A model generated the notes under the pieces. That model saw only the letters and a program-made list of their open reading frames with translations, ran no database searches and was not told where the DNA came from. DNA of 64,000 nucleotides from an uncultured archaeon (GTDB lineage Archaea > Asgardarchaeota > Heimdallarchaeia > Heimdallarchaeales > Heimdallarchaeaceae): the NCBI GenBank assembly GCA_964534625.1, contig CAZHRF010000001.1, forward strand, positions 64,001-128,000, given 5' to 3'. Position numbers and translations under genes: made by a program. Shown here one piece after another: positions 9,308 through 21,533 of this stretch (position 1 is its first letter; each line of letters starts with the position of its first letter).

Positions 9308-10681
9308 ATGAAGAACTCCTTAGATTTTGTCAGGACAATTAGGGACCCAATTTATGATGAAGTTAGATTGACAGAAATAGAAAACAAAATTATTGACACA
9401 CCTATATTTCAGAGATTACGTTGGATTAGTCAATTATCTGGTGTTAAACACGTTTATCCATCAGCTGTTCATACTAGACTAGCACATAGTATTGGGGTTA
9501 TGCACTTAGCTGGTAGGTATGCAGAAGAAGTGTTTAAAAAACATGAAGATGTGGCATATAAAGTTCAAAAAATACGGCTAGCGGGATTGCTTCATGATAT
9601 TGGTCATGGTCCTTTCTCCCATCAATTCGATGATATTGTTTTCAAAAAAGTTTATCCTACTATACCTCATGGTCATGATCATCACAGAGATATTATTATC
9701 CAGTCTGATTTATTAGTAGATTTAATTGAAGAATTTTGTAATACAGAAGAACTTATGGCAATTTGGAATGGAACAGATAACTTAATGCACCCTCTAATTC
9801 AAGGAGCACTTGGAGCCGACAGGTTAGATTTTATGTTACGCGATTCAACATTTGCAGGAACATTGCATTTTGGCATTATCCCAGTAAGTAGAATTATAAA
9901 TAACACAACAATATATGAACATCAAGCCAGAGATGCAATCCATTATAATTGGAAAGTTTTGGATGATATTTATTCGAGTCTTATAGGTAGATTCTTTGAG
10001 TACAAAAACGTTTACTTTCATAAAGCATCACGTGCTGTAGATATAGCTATACAGGCGTTTTTAGAAGAAGCAACTGAACCATTAGAGTTAATTGAACGAA
10101 CTACTGATTTAACAAAGTATACGTATTTAAATGAATATACCTTATTGGGTGAAATATTTACAAGTTCTCGAGAAGAGTTAAAAAAAGCTAGAATAATAGT
10201 TAAAGATTTATTTGATAGACGACTATATAAAGCCGTTTGGGAAAAAATTATTGATGAAACTACTGCAACTGAACTGGGGATCACAGTAGAAGATTTGTGT
10301 AACCTAACAGCTCAGAAGTCATTTATCAATAGAATCCAAGAATATTGCAATAATAATGGTGTTCAACTAAAATACAAAATGAAAATTGATTCTACCTACA
10401 AATTATCTACAATAAATGAAGAAGAATTCCAAGCATCAAATATTTTTATTTATGATCCCTATGATAAAATAAGACCAGGTACAAAATCTTTTACACTGAA
10501 TGATGCTTTAAATACAACTCGATATATAGCTAATTTTTCGGGTCCCAAAGCTTATAATTCCTTATTTAAGCTGGTAAGGGTATATGCACATCCTGATGAC
10601 GCTAAAATTGTCAAAAATATTTGGAAACAAATTCAACCTGAAAAAGATCAGAAAAAAGACGTATCTTTAACTTCTTACTAG
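9308..10681 (+). CDS. HD-domain phosphohydrolase (SAMHD1/YwfO-like dNTP triphosphohydrolase family)
   Basis: IRDPIY, FQRLRWISQL, VYPSAVHTRLAHSIG, LLHDIGHGPFSH, ADRLDFMLRD, VYFHK. Confidence 0.88.
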   Translation: MKNSLDFVRTIRDPIYDEVRLTEIENKIIDTPIFQRLRWISQLSGVKHVYPSAVHTRLAHSIGVMHLAGRYAEEVFKKHEDVAYKVQKIRLAGLLHDIGHGPFSHQFDDIVFKKVYPTIPHGHDHHRDIIIQSDLLVDLIEEFCNTEELMAIWNGTDNLMHPLIQGALGADRLDFMLRDSTFAGTLHFGIIPVSRIINNTTIYEHQARDAIHYNWKVLDDIYSSLIGRFFEYKNVYFHKASRAVDIAIQAFLEEATEPLELIERTTDLTKYTYLNEYTLLGEIFTSSREELKKARIIVKDLFDRRLYKAVWEKIIDETTATELGITVEDLCNLTAQKSFINRIQEYCNNNGVQLKYKMKIDSTYKLSTINEEEFQASNIFIYDPYDKIRPGTKSFTLNDALNTTRYIANFSGPKAYNSLFKLVRVYAHPDDAKIVKNIWKQIQPEKDQKKDVSLTSY

Positions 10682-10929
10682 TATAATTTAAAAATTGACA
10701 CATAGCGAGTAGTTTAGTTAAATTATACTTGCATTCTTCAGTTTGAAATGGAATTTCATTTTTTTAATCATTTCTTTTTTCTTCCACTACCTCTCTTTAT
10801 TGTCCAAATTTTTATTAGAAAATTACAAAAAAATCGTACTTTTTATCTAAAAAGTAAATAAGAATAGAGAGATACTGAAATTATACTATGAGTCACAATT
10901 TGGAATAGTTTTAGTTAGAATCTTTAATT

Positions 10930-14837
<3,908 letters not shown>

Positions 14838-15009
14838 TTAATCTTTCTCCAAAAAACTTTGATTCTCTCCACTAACCAAATCAATTACTCTCAATTGATT
14901 TCCCTTCCGTCTTGATAAAAAGGTTTTGATTTTTAACTAATGTTTTCTTTTTGATCTAAACTTAAAGGGTATTTTAATTATATGTATTTTAATTAAAAAT
15001 TAGTAAAAG

Positions 15010-15121
15010 TGGCGCCCGAGCCGGGATTTGAACCCGGGTCGAGGGAGTTTTGCGTCCCTTGTCTGCGGTCTCGCAGGGGTCTTGACAGTCCCCCATCATG
15101 GCCGAGCTAAACTACTCGAGC
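15010..15121 (-). tRNA. tRNA-Asp(GTC) with 35-nt intron at 37/38 (15048-15082), CCA encoded
   Basis: Reverse complement GCTCGAG...GGGGA-CTGTCA[intron]C-TCCCT...CCGGG-TTCAAAT-CCCGG-CTCGGGC-G-CCA; intron holds a CTGCG/CGCAG hairpin. Confidence 0.93.
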
Positions 15122-15343
15122 TTTTTGGTAATTTTGCTTTTTTTGTGCTATTTTTATGAGAAACACTTTCCCATTTAAACTTGTCGTTTTTGAACAGCTT
15201 GGTGTATTTACTTTTATTTAAATAATATATTCTAAGAGTCTTAACTTTCATTTCATCAACTGTTTACTCTTTGATGGAGAAACGAAACTTGGTAAAGAAG
15301 CATATATTATTAAATTAGTTTTTATACATGATATTGATGGCTT

Positions 15344-15820
15344 ATGACAAAAGCAAAGATAAAAACTAATAAAGGACTAATATTTATTGGATTTTTTGAC
15401 CAATCAACACCTAATACTGTGAAAAATTTTGTTGTTTTAGCTAAATCCCATTTTTATGATGATGTAACTTTTCACAGAGTAATTCCCAATTTTGTTGTAC
15501 AAGGTGGAGATCCAGATGGAACTGGGCGTGGAGGCCCAGGTTATACCATACCCGATGAATTCGCCAATGATAAACAAAAACATACCTTGGGCGCTATCTC
15601 CATGGCTAATACAGGTGAACCAAATTCAAATGGCTCACAATTTTTCATAGTTTTGAATCCTGATAATTGTAAACATTTGGATAACAAGCACACAGTTTTT
15701 GGACAGGTAATTGAGGGAATGGAGACTGTAAACAAAATTGAGCAAGGAGATAAAATCTTAAAAGTAAATATTATCGAAGAAAGTGATTTGATCAAAAATC
15801 ATCAGTTAACAAGATTGTAA
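15344..15820 (+). CDS. Cyclophilin-type peptidyl-prolyl isomerase
   Basis: FHRVIPNFVVQGGDP, SMANTG, GSQFFI, HLDNKHTVFGQV. Confidence 0.95.
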   Translation: MTKAKIKTNKGLIFIGFFDQSTPNTVKNFVVLAKSHFYDDVTFHRVIPNFVVQGGDPDGTGRGGPGYTIPDEFANDKQKHTLGAISMANTGEPNSNGSQFFIVLNPDNCKHLDNKHTVFGQVIEGMETVNKIEQGDKILKVNIIEESDLIKNHQLTRL

Positions 15821-15916
15821 TTTCTTACATTTTTTAAATCGATATATATGTAAACTGTTTTTGATTTTAAACCCTTTAGATAGCGTAGGGGTAGATGTAA
15901 AAAATTTTGAGACATA

Positions 15917-16038
15917 TGGTGGCTCGGAGGGGTTTCGATCCCCTGACCTCAAGATTTCCCATCCGAGGTTCTAGACTGGAACTAGCCCTTTTAATCAAGA
16001 TTATGAGTCTTGCGCTCCACCGTCTGAGCTACCGAGCC
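15917..16038 (-). tRNA. tRNA(CAT), elongator Met (Ile2 not excluded), 46-nt intron at 37/38 (15956-16001), CCA encoded
   Basis: Acceptor GGCTCGG/CCGAGCC+A+CCA; anticodon stem CAAGA/TCTTG; BHB helix CTCA/TGGG; T arm AGGGG-ATCGAAA-CCCCT; lacks initiator A1:U72 and the three G-C anticodon pairs. Confidence 0.9.
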
Positions 16039-16068
16039 ATTTTATTTCACTTTTTTCCACATGAAAGT

Positions 16069-16614
16069 TTATTCTTGTTTTTTAGTTAAATATTTTTGTA
16101 TCAAATCATGTCCTTTTCCTATTTTGTTTCGACAAGGAATAGGAAAACGTGTATTGGCTCTCTTTAAAGCTTCTACTGCATGGTCATAGAACCTTGCATA
16201 TGTCCTTATTGTAACTAGTTCTTGTCCCTCTTTTACTCTGGCAGCTCTATCAGTTGGTTTTCCAAATGATAATCTCATACCATCCTGGATACGATCTGCT
16301 CCAGCCACTGCCATCATTTTATTTTCTCGTAATATATGGTGTGGTTTAACTCTTATAGTCATATGGTAGTTCTTTATTCCAACTTTTTTCTGTAAATATC
16401 GGTTTACTGCCATTCTTGCGGCTTCTAAAGCCGTATGTCTAATTTGGCAGCTTTCATCAGCTGTCAAATGGAGGTGAACAGGAAATGTTTCTTTTCTGTT
16501 CCCAGAATCATAAGCTCTGATTCTTGAATCTGGTGCTCCTCTTACGTATTTTTTTGTTCTAGTATATGCAGGACCTTTTACTCGTCGATAACATCTAGCT
16601 GGTCTTTTACCCAT
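16069..16614 (-). CDS. rpl10e: 50S ribosomal protein uL16 (L10e)
   Basis: GKRPARCYR, ALEAAR, RENKMMAVAGADRIQDGMRLSFGKP; GGTGAT SD favours ATG 16614 over GTG 16623. Confidence 0.97.
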   Translation of the reverse strand: MGKRPARCYRRVKGPAYTRTKKYVRGAPDSRIRAYDSGNRKETFPVHLHLTADESCQIRHTALEAARMAVNRYLQKKVGIKNYHMTIRVKPHHILRENKMMAVAGADRIQDGMRLSFGKPTDRAARVKEGQELVTIRTYARFYDHAVEALKRANTRFPIPCRNKIGKGHDLIQKYLTKKQE

Positions 16615-16647
16615 AATTATCACCTAATTTTATCTTAATTAATATCA

Positions 16648-17223
16648 TTATCTTGCAGAAAGGGCTATCCTTTCTAGTTCTTGTTTCTTTCTAACAGCAG
16701 AGCTATTTGAGTCTCCTGAGGCTGCCAACATTAATTCTTCGGATACTATTTCTTCTGCTGATTTTACATTATTGAAACTCTTTTGTATTATAGCAATTGA
16801 AAGATAACGGAGTGCAATATCAACCCTGCGAAGAGGTGCAATGTCTACACTACTGTGTTGTACAACACCACCATAAGTGATCCTTGTTGTTTCCTCTCTT
16901 GGAGCAGCATTACATATCGCATCAACTAATATTTGAATTGGATTTTTATCCGTTCGAAGATGTATTATTTCAAAAGCAACTTTAACAATATTGATTGCTC
17001 TTAACTTCTTTCCAGCATTTCTCTCTCTTCTCATGAGCTGATTGATAAATCTCTCAACAATATTCATTTCAGCTTTTTTAAATCTCTGGTCTTGATTTCT
17101 TCCGCCAGAATGAGGATAATAGATTGGTTTCAGTGATATATATCTTTGTAAACCCAAATCATTAATTTCTACATCCTCAAAGGACCATTTACCAAATAAT
17201 TTAATTGAATCTTCTTTGCTCAT
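16648..17223 (-). CDS. rps7: 30S ribosomal protein uS7
   Basis: KLFGKW, PHSGGR, NAAPREETTRI, VDIAPLRRVD, ELERIALSAR. Confidence 0.97.
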   Translation of the reverse strand: MSKEDSIKLFGKWSFEDVEINDLGLQRYISLKPIYYPHSGGRNQDQRFKKAEMNIVERFINQLMRRERNAGKKLRAINIVKVAFEIIHLRTDKNPIQILVDAICNAAPREETTRITYGGVVQHSSVDIAPLRRVDIALRYLSIAIIQKSFNNVKSAEEIVSEELMLAASGDSNSSAVRKKQELERIALSAR

Positions 17224-17268
17224 TTTACTGTCCTCTTCTGATATTTAGCCAAACCCGATGATATTTAA

Positions 17269-17298
17269 AAATCTAATGTTGAAAGACCAACTTTAGAT
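17269..17298 (-). terminator. Hairpin plus T-run between the PAP2 gene and the rps7 promoter
   Basis: Minus strand ATCTAAAGTTG-GTCTTT-CAACATTAGAT followed by TTTT just after the PAP2 stop. Confidence 0.35.
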
Positions 17299-17307
17299 GT
17301 GAAAAAG

Positions 17308-18306
17308 TTAAAGTTTCATACGTTTAATTAGCCATGGAGCAAGTAATATGATTGTGGGTCCAAGAAGTGCATAACGAAGAATGTCTAAAGTGATTTCTAA
17401 CCATGGAACATGTACGATTATAGTTCCAAACAATATTTTTAATCCAAAATATATGGTTGAAAATGTAAGCATTGCAATTACAAAGCGAAGAATGTATTTC
17501 CACCACTTGTCAGTCTTTGTATCATAGTTTACAAAATGTTCTTCAACAGAATATGATAATGTAGCTGTAGCAAAAAGCGTAAGATATTTGATATTATTTA
17601 TAAAAGTTTCATGATTATCAATTAATAGCGTAAAAATAACAATAAAAATACTGAATAATCCGATAATTATTAAGAATTGATATTGAATTTTCATTTTTTT
17701 CATATAATTTGTAACTGGTTCTTCAAAAAGAACATACAAACCTAAGATAATTAATCCCAGTCCCAGTCCCATTAAAACATCTGTAAACCAATGAACTTGA
17801 AGATATATTCGTGAAAAACTCACCAAAGCTATTAGTAAAACTAGAGCAAGATTTATCCATCGTCTCTTAATCATTGTTATAAGTGTTCCAAATAATGTTG
17901 TTGGAAGTTGTGTATGACCACTTGGAAGACCTGGATCCGTTGCATTAACACGATAGTGTCGAGTACTATCTGGTCTAGGAAGATTGAAAGCATACTTTAA
18001 ACTCGTATTGATGAATGTTGAAAAAAATAGAACAAACATTGCTCTGAACCCTTTTTTCTTATTCCATATATAATAAAGTGATAACAAAATAAAAACATAA
18101 GATAAAAATTCGCCAATATTTGTGATGTAAAAAAACACCTCAGCGAGAAAAGTAGTCCTATTATTCAACAAGTAGTCAGAGATAAAAAGATCCAATTGAT
18201 TTCTCTCAGGGTATGAACTATAGACAATAATGAGTGATATAATAGAAGACATTAATCCAGTAATTATAAGCGTGATTCCGGCTTGTTTTTTATTCATAGA
18301 AAACAT
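17308..18306 (-). CDS. PAP2-family membrane phosphatase
   Basis: K-x6-RP (KYAFNLPRP), PSGH, SRIYLQVHWFTD; multiple hydrophobic helices. Confidence 0.9.
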   Translation of the reverse strand: MFSMNKKQAGITLIITGLMSSIISLIIVYSSYPERNQLDLFISDYLLNNRTTFLAEVFFYITNIGEFLSYVFILLSLYYIWNKKKGFRAMFVLFFSTFINTSLKYAFNLPRPDSTRHYRVNATDPGLPSGHTQLPTTLFGTLITMIKRRWINLALVLLIALVSFSRIYLQVHWFTDVLMGLGLGLIILGLYVLFEEPVTNYMKKMKIQYQFLIIIGLFSIFIVIFTLLIDNHETFINNIKYLTLFATATLSYSVEEHFVNYDTKTDKWWKYILRFVIAMLTFSTIYFGLKILFGTIIVHVPWLEITLDILRYALLGPTIILLAPWLIKRMKL

Positions 18307-18337
18307 ATCAAATACTCATAAATATATTTTTTGTGCG

Positions 18338-19477
18338 TTATTTATCAAGAATATTAACTACATCGATAAACTTCTGAATATCCTTTTCTGTATTAAAAAA
18401 ATGTGGTGATACTCTTATACCGTTGAATCTATTAGCACAGCTAATAGCTTTTTTTCGTAATAACAAAATCATTTCATTGGATTTAATCTTTTTTGGTATA
18501 AAATTGACAATTCCACTTATTTTATCTGATTCAATTGGTGATTGTAGTTCATAATTTTTATCTATGAGATTATCAAGTAACATTTTTACTAAATTTTTGA
18601 TATGTCGTTCAATTTTTGCTACTGAGATTTTCTGAATAAGCTTTATGGAATTATCTAAACCAAAAATATTAGAAAAGGCTGGATTCCCGATTTCAAATTT
18701 TCTACCGGTATTAGCAAATGTTTTATTTTTTAATGCATAACTATCCAAGGGGTCATAATTCAACCAACCTCTAAAAGGCGGATCTAGTTGTTTTGCTATT
18801 TCTCTCTTCACATAGAGAAAACCGACCCCTAATGGACCGACTAACCATTTATGTCCCCCACAGGCAATAAAATCAGCTTTAATTTGCTTGTTATCAAATT
18901 CTAACGCACCAATACCTTGGATTGCGTCAACTAATACCTTACAGTTATAATCGTGAGAAACTTTTATTATTTCTTTTAAAGGCATTTTTGCTCCACTAGA
19001 GTATTGAACAAATGAGATAGTTACCAATTTAGTACGATTAGATATCGCCTCGTTCACTTCTTCTGGAGTCACATAGCCTTTTTTGGCTTCAATTACTTTC
19101 ATTTTTGTCCCATATTTATCACATATGGCTTCCCATGGTGTATAATTGCTCGGGAATTCTAAATCACAAAGAACGATTTCATCTTCTTTCTTCCATGGTA
19201 AAGCATAAGCAATAGTATTAATCCCTTCTCCCGTGTTTTTTAAAAAGGATATTTCTTGTTTTTGCACATTAATTAAATCTGCAACAGTTTTTCTTGCTTG
19301 TTCCATATTTTTTAACCAGCTATCATATCGCTCCTCTCCATATCCTGCTCTTTCGTGCAAAAAAGTATTAATGGTCTGAATTGTGGAGACAGGTAATGGA
19401 CTTGTTGCCGCTGTGTTAAGATAAGTCATTTTTTTTGTTATTGGGAATTCTTTCTGGGTTTTTTCACTATTAATCAT
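18338..19477 (-). CDS. Class V PLP-dependent enzyme (cysteine desulfurase-like, without the SufS catalytic Cys motif)
   Basis: YLNTAATSP, VDAIQG, GHKWLVGPLG, FEIGNP, IRVSPHFFN; no RxGxHC loop. Confidence 0.85.
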   Translation of the reverse strand: MINSEKTQKEFPITKKMTYLNTAATSPLPVSTIQTINTFLHERAGYGEERYDSWLKNMEQARKTVADLINVQKQEISFLKNTGEGINTIAYALPWKKEDEIVLCDLEFPSNYTPWEAICDKYGTKMKVIEAKKGYVTPEEVNEAISNRTKLVTISFVQYSSGAKMPLKEIIKVSHDYNCKVLVDAIQGIGALEFDNKQIKADFIACGGHKWLVGPLGVGFLYVKREIAKQLDPPFRGWLNYDPLDSYALKNKTFANTGRKFEIGNPAFSNIFGLDNSIKLIQKISVAKIERHIKNLVKMLLDNLIDKNYELQSPIESDKISGIVNFIPKKIKSNEMILLLRKKAISCANRFNGIRVSPHFFNTEKDIQKFIDVVNILDK

Positions 19478-19508
19478 TTTTATTCTATATTAATATATAT
19501 GATATGAT

Positions 19509-20435
19509 TCATATTTTTTTCGTCTTCTCTCTTATTGAAATTATAACAATGGAAAAGAAGACTAAAATTCCTCCAGTAATTGTCCAAATCGTTGGGATTT
19601 CAGTAAATAAAATGGCTTCTAAAACGAAAGCGACCAAAACTTCAATAAGCATTAAAATACTACTTGGTCCTGCTTCAATTTGTTTAAGCCCATACGTATA
19701 TAATCCAAATGCAACAACAGTACAGATGATAGATAAATAGCATACAGCTAATACAGACTCAAAAGTGATTTGTAAGGATATTTCCCTAATTGAATATTGA
19801 AAAAATACAAAGGGTAAACATGATAATAGAAAAAGAGTAGTCCATAAAAGTGTAACAGAGAAAATGTCAAAACTTGAATGCTTTGGATTTTTATTCAAAA
19901 AATTCTTTGAAATAATGATATATGCTGTCCAAGCTAAACTTGAAAGAAGAATGATTAAATCTCCCATTATAGTACCCTTACTTAATTGAGAGAAGTTAAG
20001 ATTAGTAGAAATAAAAAAAACCCCTGAAACACCTATTACTCCACTAATTAAAACGGACCAATGATACTTCTCTTTAAGTACTAAAGGTGAAAAAATTGGA
20101 ACTATGATGACATAAAAATTTACAAACAGTGATGCTTTACCAGCTGTTGTGTTTTGTTGTCCAATAAACTGAGATAGAAAAGCTAATGCATTTATTAATC
20201 CTATAATTATTACATCCTTCTTCAGAAGTAGTTTTTTTATTTTTTGTATTCTAGATAAAAAGAACGGTGTTAAGATGATAACCGCAAGAGAAAATCGAAA
20301 AAAAACAAAAAGGACGGGAGTAATATATTCTAATCCCCATCTTACTGCAATAAAGCTTGTGCCCCAAAGAATTGCAGCTAAAACTATCAAAAGTAGTGGA
20401 TACATATTTGAAATCTGATCATGATTAACCGACAT
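19509..20435 (-). CDS. EamA/DMT-family transporter
   Basis: ILWGTSF, FFRF, TTAGKASL, LKEK, GDLIILLS; two repeats, about 10 TM helices. Confidence 0.9.
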   Translation of the reverse strand: MSVNHDQISNMYPLLLIVLAAILWGTSFIAVRWGLEYITPVLFVFFRFSLAVIILTPFFLSRIQKIKKLLLKKDVIIIGLINALAFLSQFIGQQNTTAGKASLFVNFYVIIVPIFSPLVLKEKYHWSVLISGVIGVSGVFFISTNLNFSQLSKGTIMGDLIILLSSLAWTAYIIISKNFLNKNPKHSSFDIFSVTLLWTTLFLLSCLPFVFFQYSIREISLQITFESVLAVCYLSIICTVVAFGLYTYGLKQIEAGPSSILMLIEVLVAFVLEAILFTEIPTIWTITGGILVFFSIVIISIREKTKKI

Positions 20436-20491
20436 AAGGGTATTTTTCTCCCTATGAGTTTATATACTAATCTCTAACTATATTAATTAGT

Positions 20492-21439
20492 ATGTCTAGA
20501 AACTTGTTACCATTATTACTATTAAAACATATGGGGATTATCAAAGGGAACACACAATTCCAGAAATTAATGTTTTTATTAAATTTTGAGTACAATGTAG
20601 ATACAAGATATGTCTTTGAGCCTTGGAAATATGGTCCTTATTGTGAAATCTTATCTCAAGATGTAGACACATTAACAGAATATGGTTACATTTATCATGA
20701 GAAAAAAGAACTAACAGAAGGAGAAAAAATTAATCGGTATCAGTTGACTGAATATGGCGAACAATGTCTTCTTGAACATGAAATCAATCAATCTGTTGAA
20801 TCAATAATTGAAGATTTATGTCAAAATTTCGGAAATTTAGCATTAAGAGCATTAATTGAATATATATATGAAAAATATCCAGACTATACAATAAAGTCAG
20901 AAATAAAAGACGAATATTGTCATCCCAATCCAAAGCTTTCTGGCTTTAAACCCGCGAATGAGTTGATAATGAAGCCAACAATCAGTCCTTCATTTGTTGA
21001 TTGGTTGGAGGATGAGTTAAAAGAAACCAAGGAGAGATTGAATGTTGTAGACGCTCCTGTTTTTCAAAATGAAGCAGAGACCCCAGTAGATGAAATCATA
21101 TTATCGATGCTTGATATCGCATATGAAGATCTAAATGAACAAGCACAAAATATTACTACTGAAATAGCCATACATGACTATGAAGAATCTGGTAATATAA
21201 ATAATCAAATCTATTTTATCTTGGAAATGATTCATGAGATGCTAAATGCATTAACAGAAAATGATATTATTGGAGTATTCACGGAATTTGCTAATATTCA
21301 AACAAATATGCAAATGCTGCATGAAAGACTAGAGTTGCACGCTTTATCGTTAAAATCTGCATTAATAAGAAAGGTACAAGAGTTCATGGGTGAGGTAAAT
21401 TACTTACTTGAGAGTATAGACAAACTAATTATGTTATGA
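20492..21439 (+). CDS. YwgA/SocA-Panacea-like winged-helix protein fused to an acidic helical C-terminal domain
   Basis: GNTQFQKLMFL, FEPWKYGPY, YQLTEYG, LIEYIYEKYPDYTIKSEI; second half D/E-rich and helical. Confidence 0.65.
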   Translation: MSRNLLPLLLLKHMGIIKGNTQFQKLMFLLNFEYNVDTRYVFEPWKYGPYCEILSQDVDTLTEYGYIYHEKKELTEGEKINRYQLTEYGEQCLLEHEINQSVESIIEDLCQNFGNLALRALIEYIYEKYPDYTIKSEIKDEYCHPNPKLSGFKPANELIMKPTISPSFVDWLEDELKETKERLNVVDAPVFQNEAETPVDEIILSMLDIAYEDLNEQAQNITTEIAIHDYEESGNINNQIYFILEMIHEMLNALTENDIIGVFTEFANIQTNMQMLHERLELHALSLKSALIRKVQEFMGEVNYLLESIDKLIML

Positions 21440-21449
21440 TGTTTAAAAA

Positions 21450-21516
21450 CACTCCCCCAAAAGGTTAGGGGGGTGAAAATGTCCCCCTTCTCATAGAGAG
21501 GTTGATTGGTTTTTTT
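21450..21516 (+). promoter_or_regulatory. GC-rich alternative hairpins followed by a T-run upstream of the LAGLIDADG gene
   Basis: CACTCCCC(21450-57) pairs with GGGGGGTG(21468-75); the G-run can alternatively pair with TGTCCCCC; then CCTTCTCATAGAGAGG and TTTTTTT. Confidence 0.5.
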
Positions 21517-21533
21517 GCAAGAGAAGCTGTACT

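Noticed and set aside
9139-10929. Integrated element at tRNA-Ala carrying the HD gene
   Set aside because: No integrase and no duplicated tRNA 3' end seen downstream.
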